A DNA stretch of 63,649 bases, filler included, from Asterionella formosa (lineage: Eukaryota): NCBI GenBank assembly GCA_002256025.1. It is 21 parts of 21 records of this genome, joined end to end, with 100 filler letters (N's around TTAATTAATTAA, not from the genome) between each part and the next. Parts side by side here need not be neighbours in the genome. Positions count along the whole stretch, not along the records: positions 9,137 to 28,526 come from NKIB01003694.1; positions 28,627 to 29,830 come from NKIB01003695.1; positions 29,931 to 31,134 come from NKIB01003696.1; positions 31,235 to 32,438 come from NKIB01003697.1; 17 more parts are not named here. The stretch is one strand, 5' to 3'. This document shows positions 21,630 through 32,215 of this stretch, one piece after another; within the stretch, counting starts at the first letter, position 1, and each line of letters begins with the position of its first letter. Made by a program: the position numbers and the translations under genes. The notes under the pieces were generated by a model that saw nothing but the letters and a program-made list of their open reading frames with translations, did not search any database and was not told where the DNA came from.

Positions 21630-21694
21630 GGGGGAATGCTTAGTTGGTAAGCACGTCTTCATAGGTGGCGGGTTCGCTTCCTGCATTCTCCCCC
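21630..21694 (+). ncRNA. tRNA-like element (SINE-type head or tRNA pseudogene) with A and B boxes and a shortened anticodon arm
   Basis: Acceptor stem GGGGGAA/TTCTCCC; D-arm GCTT-AGTTGGT-AAGC; T-arm GCGGG-TTCGCTT-CCTGC (B box GGTTCGCTTCC). Only ~13 nt lie between the D and T arms. A T-rich tract follows. Confidence 0.6.
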
Positions 21695-21713
21695 TGTCTT
21701 TCTTTTTCATTTA

Positions 21714-22157
21714 GTCCCTAGGGTTCCAGGGGTGCAGCTAATGAATTGAAAACAACAGGTTCCTGCTATATAGATCCCTGCGTACCAGTGCCCGAACTCA
21801 TCATGTTTGTTGGGATGAGTCTGGGTTGGTAAGTAAGTACGCACATAAGTACATGAACGTCAGGGCTGGCAGCACCAGGAAGCGCTATGTGGTCTACCCT
21901 TACTATAGCAAATGAGTAGTCTTAAAGCGCTTAAATGATAATCTGTTTTAGTATTCATTGTGCTACCTACTGACAAGACCTGTGAATCCCAAGTTTTGTT
22001 AGCATAGGAGAGTCCCCAACCACCTTTTGCGAAAGGTGATTGTCTTAGCTAGCCACAGCGTTAGGGAAACTCTGACCGCCTAGGATGATGGCAGCACAAG
22101 CTGCTTGTAGGGGGCAAACCCACTATTTCATGCACCCCAGGCAAGACCGTGTGGGAC
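21714..22157 (+). ncRNA. Candidate large structured RNA domain (unknown class)
   Basis: Closing helix 21714-21745 pairs with 22127-22157 and encloses at least seven internal helices, several needing G-U pairs on the + strand (see findings). Confidence 0.6.
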
Positions 22158-22537
22158 AGTAAGGAGCATGGGAGTTGAACCAAACAAATTTCTTCTCAAA
22201 AAAATTGCAGGAATCAAACCACACAACTTCAAATCAAAGGCAAAATGCTCAACCAACTACTGTAAGCCATTCCCTCAGTCTTTTAGCACTTAAAATAAGT
22301 GAGGTTAAATTAAAAAATTTCAAATCGGACTTGCTCAATCATAACATGATTACATGGCAATTCAATCAATACCTTGAATACATTCAAATGCTATACTACT
22401 ATATAAATCCCTGCATATATCGTACATTCATAGAAAATAATCTAAATAATTTTCCATGACTGTATATATCAGCCAATCTTTTTTCTGAATATATGCTCAC
22501 GACCAGATTCGGTTCACTGGGGGTTTCATCAATAGTT

Positions 22538-24106
22538 TTACCAATCTGTGTTCTCTTTGGTAGTGTCTGCTTTGGAAGCTTCTGCAGCAGCTCGCTCTTC
22601 TTGCAACGCCTCGTGCTTTGTTCGTCTCGCTTGCTTGATATCGTACTGATCCTCCATTTCCTCCAGTGCCATCTTTGCCTGTTGTTCGGTTGCACACTCC
22701 ACAAATGCAAACTTGACATTAAGTGGCACAGTGACAATCACCCCACGATCCCCTCCATACTTTCGGAAAGCACGTTCCAATTCAGCTCGGCGTAATTCGA
22801 CCTCAGCTTCCGTAGAAATTTTGCCAAGTCCCTTGATGAAAAGCTTCTTCGGATGAAATCCGGAGTAAGCATTGACCCCATAAACGTCACTAAGATCTTC
22901 CTTGGCAAGAATTTCCTTATGGCCCCACCAGACCTTGTAAACTGTCCAATCCTCGGTATTTCCATAATCGTCAGTAGCTGGAAATTGCAGGGTCAGGTTG
23001 ACTTTGCAAGTAGGCAACATTTGCCGATGCTCCAAGCGAGCACAATGTTTATCTTCAATGTAAACATCAAAGCCAGCATCTGTTATTTGAATGAGCAAAG
23101 TGCAAGCTTGTTCACCAAAAATCTTGGGAACTCGCGAGAGCGGAACAGATATCGATTGTCCCCATAGGCCCTCTTGCTTGTTATTCAACACCAACAGGCC
23201 TCCCTTTTCGAATTGACGAGGATTGAAATGGAACAGGATAGATTCATACCGAGCGTTATCGGGAGCCGCAATGTTGATGCTAAATCTCTTTGACTCAATT
23301 GGTGCCATGTATTTGATAGCCAAAGTGTTATTTCCTTTTGCCTTGGCTTGCGAAACATCAAAATCAGTCAAAGAAAACGACATGTCGCCATCGGTTGGAG
23401 AGTTGGATGTTTCCGGCGGTTTCCACCTTGGCGCATCTGGCGTGACAGGAAACAAGACCTTTCCTTCCCAGGATTTTAGACCAATTTTCTTGCTAAACTC
23501 ATGTGGTGGCGTTGCGTTCGCTGCCAGATTAGCAATAAGAGAAGACTTATCGTCACGCACTGGTGACATTTTCTTACGCTTGAGTGATAGCCCAATGTGT
23601 TCGTCATCTTGTTCTGTATTCAACAACTTTGTTCTCATTGCTTCTTCGTTTGCTTGATCGCTGATTTCTTTCTTTTGTTTTGATTCTATCTCTTCTCTCC
23701 ATTCCGCCAATTTGGCTTCGCGACGCTCACGAATCGTAAGGTCGTCGTCCTCTTCCTCTTCGTCAGACGATGCTTCAGCCATGACGATTTCTCCGTCAGC
23801 GTCCCGTTCCTCGACATTCTCCTTTCTCTTCTTCTTTCTCGTTTTGATCGGAATTGCGCCACTAGCGTCTTCCCCGTGCATCTTATCATATTCTGCCTTT
23901 TTAGCGTCCATCTTGGCCCGCGCCTGCTGTTCCTTAATGCGAGCAGCCTCCCTTTCATACCTTCGTATCTTTTCGTACATATCTAACAAGTCCTCCTCTT
24001 CCTTTGTTGGCTCAAAATCATCCTTGAGGACTCGAAGGTTGAATTTGCTCTGGAGTTCACGAGAAGGGGTTCGCCAAGAGGAAGTCTGTGAGGAAAGGCC
24101 TGACAT
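22538..24106 (-). CDS. Coiled-coil + galectin-like domain + C-terminal RRM protein
   Basis: RFSINI...ILFHFNPR...LVLNN...WG...F.V..ED is a galectin CRD pattern. KLFIKGL and KFAFVEC are RNP2/RNP1. The N-terminus is a charged coiled coil with basic NLS-like runs. Confidence 0.85.
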   Translation of the reverse strand: MSGLSSQTSSWRTPSRELQSKFNLRVLKDDFEPTKEEEDLLDMYEKIRRYEREAARIKEQQARAKMDAKKAEYDKMHGEDASGAIPIKTRKKKRKENVEERDADGEIVMAEASSDEEEEDDDLTIRERREAKLAEWREEIESKQKKEISDQANEEAMRTKLLNTEQDDEHIGLSLKRKKMSPVRDDKSSLIANLAANATPPHEFSKKIGLKSWEGKVLFPVTPDAPRWKPPETSNSPTDGDMSFSLTDFDVSQAKAKGNNTLAIKYMAPIESKRFSINIAAPDNARYESILFHFNPRQFEKGGLLVLNNKQEGLWGQSISVPLSRVPKIFGEQACTLLIQITDAGFDVYIEDKHCARLEHRQMLPTCKVNLTLQFPATDDYGNTEDWTVYKVWWGHKEILAKEDLSDVYGVNAYSGFHPKKLFIKGLGKISTEAEVELRRAELERAFRKYGGDRGVIVTVPLNVKFAFVECATEQQAKMALEEMEDQYDIKQARRTKHEALQEERAAAEASKADTTKENTDW

Positions 24107-24239
24107 GAGATCTTGATGCTAATAATAATGTACTGGACCATCACAAACCTAGAAATACCGGTAAGCTAATACGAAACATGATTCTATTTTCATTTATGGA
24201 AGTGAGCGAATATTCCTGGTGTACGTTTGCACACTGACA

Positions 24240-24564
24240 AATAGTGAAGGGATCATTTGAGTCGAGTCACAAAAGTGACTGCAACTATGATTATGCTCCA
24301 ACTATGTGTTATAGTAAATGTGGCTCCCAGGGACCACAGAATTGTTTTGGTAAAGACGATGACGAGATGATTGAAGTAGAAGTTGAAAGATCGAAAATGG
24401 ATCTTAGGAAGGAGCTTATTCTAAGTAGTAGAAAGCTCACAATAAAGTAAAGCAGAAAGTGAGTTTCTGACGTTTACTAAAGATCTAGAAGTAGATCAAG
24501 AGAAATAGCTAGCTGAGAGTGAAGTATAGACGTATACTACTCAAGAGTACTAGATACTTTAACA
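24240..24564 (+). repeat. 5' LTR of the Copia element (left edge approximate)
   Basis: Ends CTTTAACA, the inverse of the TGTTAAAG start of the related LTR at 59334. Shares GAGTC repeats, CTCC.ACTAT and CTCACAATAA blocks with that LTR. Lies 46 nt before the gag ATG. Confidence 0.6.
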
Positions 24565-24610
24565 CGTTTATAAACGGACCTTTGTATCTACAAAGCAAAA
24601 GATAAGTAGC

Positions 24611-27600
24611 ATGACTGCAGCAGAAGAGAAAGTCGGAACCATCAAGTTTGATGGAGACGAAAACCATTGGCATGAGTGGAGCGTGAAGGCGCTCGCTCTG
24701 GCCAAAAGCAAGGGGTTTCGCCATATCTATGCCAACGACACGAAACCATGCTCAGATGCGGTCTATTTTACTTCGACGCACGACGAAGAGAAGAAAAATT
24801 ATGAGGATAATGATAAAGCTTACCAGTTTTTAATCCTCAGCTGTACTGGAATCGCTTTTGGGTTAGTGAATCATGCAAAGACGAAGGACCTAATCGATGG
24901 CGATGCTTTCTTAGGATGGAAGAACCTTAACGACAGGTATGCGCCCAACGAAGCATCGGATTTGATTCAGCTTGCTGGAGAATTCAACAAGTGCAACCTC
25001 AAGGATACGAAACAAGACCCTGATGAATGGTTCATTAAGTTAGACAACATCAGGAACAGGATGATACAGATTGATATCGACTTCGAGAAAAAGGACGCCG
25101 AAGTCATCGCGCATATCATTGACAAACTTCCAGGAGAGTACAGCGAAGTGATTACTATGGTTGAAGGAGTAAAAAACGTGACGCTTACGGAGATCAAGGC
25201 TAAGATCAGGGCGTTCTACAAGCGCAAGTTCAAGACAACAGACAAGAATGAAGACGAATTGGCTTTGTTTGTCGGAGGAAAGTTTAAAGGGAACTGTCGC
25301 AACTGTGGAAAGCAGGGACAAAAGGCAGCGGAATGCCGATCAAAAGCGAACACTGCTGGTGGTGGGAACAAGAAACGAGCAAAAGTCGATGAAGCCGTTG
25401 ACAAAGGAGTCAAATGTTTCAATTGTAATAAGTATGCTGGACACATTGCGAAAGATTGCCCTGAGAAAAATAAGAAAGACGAAAAGGACAAAGACAAAGA
25501 AACCGGAATGTATGTTGGGGTGACGATTACGATCGATGACGACGAAGAAACTGCGAAAGAAGGCGTCGAACTCATCAAGAAGACGAACAACAATGAGTTC
25601 AAAAACAAAATCGAAAATAACGAATTTTGTGGAGTGAGTGATGATGTCAAGACTGAAGAATGGTTAGCGGATACAGGAGCTACAAGTCATTTCACTACGT
25701 GCGATGTTGGTATGACAAATATCGAAACAGTCAAGACTCGAGTCATCGTTGGCAATGGAGAGGAAATTTTATGTACCAAACGTGGTGACATCCTCCTCAC
25801 TGATACTGCTACACAGAAGGTCCTACTCCTGAAGAAGGTCCTATATACACCTACCTTCCACAAGAATATACTTAGTGTCGGTATGTTTGTGCGAAATGGG
25901 AGTTTCGAGGTTGGTATTCTCAAGGACAAGATGACCGTACGCAAGGAAGGGGAGCACGACGGACTAACTTTCAAGAGTAAGGCCAATGGTGTGCTCTACT
26001 ATATGCATGGTACTAGAAAGTACGGCAACGAAACAGCATTGTCCACAGAGGACAACAACGAGGAAGCTGCGCCAACGACCGGCAACCCTAGTAAGCAAAC
26101 ACCTAAGAAAAGTATGGACATCAATGTCGCACATGACAAATTCGGGCACACTAGCGAGGCAGCTCTGCGTGCTACATTGAAGTCGATTGGTATTGCGACC
26201 AGTGGAGCCCTACAGCCATGTGAGGGATGTGCTTTGGCTAAAGCAAAATCAAAGGCTGTACCTAAAGTTCTAACTAACAAAGCGACTAAGGCAGGTGAGC
26301 GTTTAGGTGCAGATATAAGTGGCCCTTACAAGAAGTCCATTGTCGGGAGTACTTACTGGATTTTGGTCGTTGATGAATATAGTGGAAAATCCTGGAGTTT
26401 CTTTGTCAAGAAAAAGTCGCAGATGGCGGCTTCAGTAGAACCACTATTGCTTAAATTACGTACTGCTAACTACGTCATTCGGTACCTGCGATGTGACAAT
26501 GCTGGGGAAAATATCAAGGGACTTTCTGCAATGTGTGACAGGCTTAATATCACTATCGAATTTACTGCCCCACATACCCCACAGCAAAACGGTATGGTGG
26601 TACGCAAATTTGTGACTATTAGAGACAGAAGCGTTGCTGCAATGTTGAAGGCTAAATTTTCTGATGAGTCACAAGGACTCTTATGGGCAGAAAGTATCAA
26701 CACACACACACGCCTCACAAATAGTGTATGCAACACAAATGACATGGAGAAAAGCCCAGATTGGATTTTCTATGGGAAGTGTCCCGAGATAGTATATGAT
26801 AATCTTGTTGAATTTGGAAGAATTGGTTGGGTAAAAATACCAGGAAAAATACCTAAACTTGAGGCTAAAGCTACTAAGTGTATAATGATTGGGTACTCTG
26901 ACAACCATGCAGGGGACACATACAGAATGTACAGACCAGACACCAAGAAAGTGATCAATACTAGGAACATCAAGTGGGGAGAGTGGCATGGGAAGTCCAA
27001 TATCACAACAGATATGACCGTATATGACATCACAGAAAATGTCAAAATACCCCCAGCAATTGTGGTACCCCTACCAGTGTTTGGTGATGGAGCTAGTACC
27101 CCGGCTACAACGATACCCCCCATTAAACCTCATGTGCATTTTGCTGCTTCTAAAGACAGCAAATTGCAACGAGAAATGAGGAAATTGGATGGATGGACAC
27201 AGATCCCCATGAAAAATGCCAGAAGAGCACTAATGATGGCGTCACCACCACCAAAACAACACGAAGAGGTTCTTACAACAATGGTCAATGAAATTGACAA
27301 AGTAGTTGAAATACATTGGATATATTCAACATCATTAGCATCTGATCCCGGAGAACCAAAAGGGTACAAACAAGCAATGACTGATCCTGAACGTGATAAG
27401 TGGATCGAGGCAATGAAAGTGGAAATTAACAATTTCTACAAATGCAAAGTGTGGGAGAAATTTCCAAGGAAAATGCTCAATGAACGCAAGATGCTAGGCA
27501 GTCGATGGGTGTTTAAGAAGAAGTCTGAACAAGACTTATCCATCCGCTATAAAGGACGAATTGTTGTGAAGGGATATGTACAAATCCCTGGCGTCGACTT

Positions 27601-28526
27601 CACAGAGTCATTTGCCCCAGTTGCAACCGATACAACAACAAGAACAGTTTTTGCAATCACACTCTATAATCACAGCAAGGATGTTAACGAACGATGGATT
27701 TGCGAAATTGTTGATGTGGAAGCGGCATTCCTAGAAGGTGATATGGACGAAGCAATCTATATTGGCTGGCCAGAAGGAATAGAAGAGCTTGGCTATGAAA
27801 CAAAAGCCGACACCGAAAATTATTGCATCTTGCTCAAAAAAGCGATGTATGGGACAGTTCAGGGAGCTTTGCAGTTTTTTAAGAAACTGGTTGAAATTTT
27901 GAAATTAGTTGGTCTGACTCAATGTCAAGTGGACCCATGTATTTTCTATTTGAAACGGAATGGGAAATTAGTGTTACTAATTGCCTCACACGTTGACGAC
28001 TGCGCTGTAGCCGGAAAGCCTAGTGATGTAGAGTGGTTCAAGAATGAGATAAAGAAATATTTCACAATTAAAGAGCTTGGACAATTGAAGAAACACCTGG
28101 GCGTGTGGTACAAATGGGGAGAGAATTCTACAGGACGCTACTTAGAGAGTAGTATGGAAAGTTTTGTCCAAGGTATGAAAGACGATTTCAAAGATATCTT
28201 TGGACATTTCCCAAAAGATGCAGCAACTCCGGCTTTCCCCAGTACTACGCTGAGAAAGTCAACTGGGAATCCAGTGAAGCATAAAGAGTACCGATCTATG
28301 GTAGGCAAGCTACTATACTACGTTAAAAAGATTGGTCCTGTTTGTTCCAACGCATGCCGAGAATTGTCACAACATTTGGATAATCCAGGTGATGAGCACT
28401 GGAACGCAGTAGAAAGACTACTTGGGTATATTTGTGCTAAACCTGAAAATCGAAGATTGAAGTTGAGACCACCAAAGGAACTACGTGTACAAGATGTCGT
28501 TGACAGCTCTTTCGGCGATAATCCTG
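24611..28526 (+). mobile_element. Ty1/Copia LTR retrotransposon gag-pol (diatom CoDi-like), truncated in RNase H by scaffold end
   Basis: Single ORF with gag, two CCHC knuckles, protease WLADTGATSH, HDKFGH/CEGC, integrase ADISGP/RCDNAGE, RT DVEAAFL and SHVDD, and RNase H start VVDSSF. Domain order PR-IN-RT-RH. Confidence 0.97.
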
Positions 28527-28626
28527 NNNNNNNNNNNNNNNNNNNNNNNNNNNNNNNNNNNNNNNNNNNNTTAATTAATTAANNNNNNNNNNNNNNNNNN
28601 NNNNNNNNNNNNNNNNNNNNNNNNNN

Positions 28627-28831
28627 CTAGACGCTTCAAATCCTTGGCGGTGTAGGGCCAGTCTGAGCCGCTTCCATCAAAATCAGTTTCATCAAATGTA
28701 CAAATGGAGCGGGCTGGAAGAAATGAAAAAGCAATGTGGCGCTGCTGCTGCTGAGGAACAACAAAGGAATCTGTGACAATGATAGCTGTAGTCCACAGAA
28801 GGAGTCTGGGTGATATGAGTTTATTTGTCAT
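28627..28831 (-). CDS. N-terminus of a plastid-targeted protein, probably a type-11 SAM-dependent methyltransferase
   Basis: Signal peptide ending TDS|FVVP, then WPYTAKDLKRL, which resembles the WPYxxxDxxRxD start of an algal methyltransferase family. Truncated by the contig edge. Confidence 0.5.
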
Positions 28832-29930
28832 TTTGCTTTACCGGTAACTACCGGTAATACGGTAGCTAATATATGTAATGAATAATAGTGAATGACAATT
28901 GGCAACATCAAAAAACAAGGCCATGTTGCATTATTTGATTGATTATTGACGAGGCCATCATTACATCCTGATGCCTAACCACTATCTTATTGTTGACTCT
29001 TCTAAAGAATACAACAACTATAATACATCGTTTACGATTAGTTACAGGAATATACCGGTAGTTGTTCGTAAATCGTATTTAGTAGACTACGACCCCTGAT
29101 TATGTAAACCCTTTACCATTGGTGTAAGTACCCATGAGTATGTATGATGCAAGTGGTCGCATAAACACCTTGTCGCACTGTACTACCTGGTACCTGGTAC
29201 CTGTATTCGGTCTTTGCTTAAATAAACAATTTAATATAGGATAAAGATAGCTAAACGTTTAGCTCACAATGATCGCAACTTGTTTCTGAAATGCCTGTTA
29301 CTCCTACCACCTGGTTGTATGTACGCCTGCATGATAAGTATTATCGGTTGTTGACTTGTAGGTACAGGTATGTATGCATAGTTGCTTGCTGGCGGCAGAT
29401 AAGGAAGACACCAGAAGAAAGATTCTTGATACAGTAGGTAATTCCATTGGCTAAAATAAACCATCGCATCTATTCTAGATTTATAATATTCGGTTATGGA
29501 TATATGCGTAGTATTGCTCAAGATTGTTGCGCCCTCTCTCACGTCTCGTCCTTGTATCAATCAGTGTTTGCTTGTTGCATTTTGTGCTTCTGCCTTTTTG
29601 TTTTCCTGTTTCGCCTGTACATAGCTTTTAATTCCTGCCGTCATTATAATTATTATAAATAATACAAAGGAAGGCATTTCCAACTCTCTGGTATCTCTCC
29701 TCTTCATCGCCTCAGCGTTACATTAGACAACCATTTTGTTGCAGTCGTTGTAAATTCTCTCGAACTGAGCATCACATATTACGGAAATTTTCAAAGTATG
29801 AAGTATTCCCATTCTCCATTGCTTGTTTTGNNNNNNNNNNNNNNNNNNNNNNNNNNNNNNNNNNNNNNNNNNNNTTAATTAATTAANNNNNNNNNNNNNN
29901 NNNNNNNNNNNNNNNNNNNNNNNNNNNNNN

Positions 29931-31134
29931 GGTGCGAAGGATCTTCTCTTGTATATGGCGTTTGTTTCAATCGTGATTTGGTTCTGCTGTTTTGTGAGTC
30001 CAAGCAATGATTATTTCTGAAAAACCGATCATTGCTTTGATGCGACTTCTAATTCATTCATGTAGGCCTTTGATTTTGTTAGTCGGACAAATTGACACGG
30101 AATAATAGCCTCGCTGAAAAATGAGCGAAATGCATGATCGTTTCCTATGCATGCATGCCGGTACACTGACTGCTAAAGGCAATACACGCCCGAGGTGGTC
30201 TCTTGCCTGCGAGTATACCTGTGTTCGAGGCTGGGTGGCGCGAGTAGGTTGACCGTACGAGTGGCGCCCCCGGCGCTGCGAGAAGGTCACCCTACGAGTG
30301 CCATCCCAGTCGAGTACACATGTATACAAGAAGGCAAGTAGCCGCCGAGAAGGGTATTGTTGAGGCAATTCCCGCTCTACCTATCGTCGTGTCATTTGCT
30401 TACCTACTGCCCACAAATAAAGCATAAATGTCAATTTTAGCCTACTATTGCCCATCATATAAAATATACTTTCTTATCTTTCCTATCTTCACATCAAAAT
30501 TTGCAATGGGTCTGATATTGCCCATCATTATAACATATTTTGTATTTTTCCTATGTTTGCATTTTGGCATTACAATTTGTAGCAATTGCCCCTTGGTTTT
30601 CCAGCCCTGGGATTGCCGAAATTGGCAAGGGGTATACTTAAGGAAACCATTTTATATACTCTACAGATTTCGATAATTTATATCTAGACCTCACCTCGTT
30701 TTTGTTCATCTCCTGAAAAGTGTACTCCAGCAATTCACCTTTCACCATGCCAATTGTCGTCCATCATGACCGGTTTGAAGCGAAATCAGTTCAGTGATGA
30801 CGCCAGTAGCGATTTGTTTTCTGATGGATGCAGTTGCTTGTTGGATTGCTTGTCTTCTCGAGGTATTCATGTAGTCGCATTGTCCATATTTCGTCGGACG
30901 AACGATGATATCGATACATCTGATGTTGGTGGCAAGTTTTTGCTCCGGTCATGTATGTAATGATGCTTAACGGACATTCTACCAGTTACCGGCAGTCATC
31001 TAGTCTACATACATACGTGGTACTAAAAACAACCATGCATGGTTTAAGCTATGCTTTAATGCTTATTTTGAACACGTTATAATATTATCTCTGTAGACTC
31101 GGTATTATTTTTACGAGACCTGAAATGTTGAATT
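29931..31134 (+). repeat. Left part of the non-coding repeat family, with intact ~180-nt hairpin (30180-30359)
   Basis: Near-identical to 57238-58440 with the same contig ends. Homologous to 15985-16903 and 44478-45141. Confidence 0.9.
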
Positions 31135-31234
31135 NNNNNNNNNNNNNNNNNNNNNNNNNNNNNNNNNNNNNNNNNNNNTTAATTAATTAANNNNNNNNNN
31201 NNNNNNNNNNNNNNNNNNNNNNNNNNNNNNNNNN

Positions 31235-32215
31235 GTCAGTGGGGAATAAAGACGGTCTTAGGAGTGCCCATTCCGTCCCCTAATGTAGGGCGTATTGTGG
31301 TTTTAATGTATTCACGGTATGATCGCACCCGAGACCAAGAAATGGTGGTGAAATTGGTGAATGAGATGACAAACGTGAGTTTTTTAAACCTTTGCTGATC
31401 CGTCAAATGTGATGGATCAAAACTAACTGATCAATATTATTGTCTTTCCGTAGCTGTTACCTTCCCCAAAATGGAAACTTGTAGTCGACGTTGCGCCAAA
31501 CTCAGAATCACATGTGAAGAATAAAGGGACTCATGGCGAGATCATGAATCTTGCAGCTATAAAACATGAAAGCTTTAAGGACGATGAAATGTCAGCTCTG
31601 ATACAGGAGTTCATGCCACTGGACTCGACGTCGCCATATCTTCCTGGATTCACGTCACTGCTATTGTTGTTGCGGAAACGAACGTCACACACTCCTCTTG
31701 AGACAGAAAATATAAAAACGTTGACAAATCAATTCGTTACATACATGAGTCAGAATAAATCACGCCACGACGTGGCTTTATTACTTGCTCGTGATTTTAT
31801 GGCGATCACGCAACAACAGCAACTTAATATCCAAGCTCAACCGCAACAGCCGGTTGAACAGCAGCAAACCCAACATCTTTCTTTCGTGTCACACACCCAT
31901 CCCCTTCAGGGAATACAAGGATCTGTTTCTAACCATCAACTGCTGCAACTGACACCAGCACAACTGTCCTTGGTATCCGGAGGAGGATTGACTCCAGGAC
32001 TCTTGTCCCATCCTTCACACCAACAAGACCTGCTGCATCATGCTCCTGTTCACTTGGATCCTCTGAGTCAATTGCAGCCGCAGCAACAAATGCAGCAAGC
32101 TTTAGCGCAGGGAGCCTTTCCCGCTCGTACCATACCGGTAGAGGTACTCGGACAACATAATCCAAACCATTATTCTCAGCAATCGCAACAAGGTTCGTCA
32201 TCGAATAACTTTTGA
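31235..32215 (+). CDS. 3' part of a Gln-rich putative regulator with a GAF-like (NIN-like protein type) domain; intron 31375-31453
   Basis: QWGIKTVLGVPIPSPNVGRIVVLMYS...EMTN, then a 79-nt GTGAGT..ACTAAC..TAG intron, then LLPSPKWKLVVDV, in frame with ORF 31514-32215. The domain call is from recalled motif only. Confidence 0.65.

Noticed and set aside
22005..22120. GAGAGTCCCC / GGGAAACTCTG resembling RNase MRP/P CR-I, and CCCTAAC on the minus strand as a telomerase template
   Set aside because: No matching CR-V able to form P4 was found, and the template-like match is only 7 nt. Kept as an unknown structured RNA instead.
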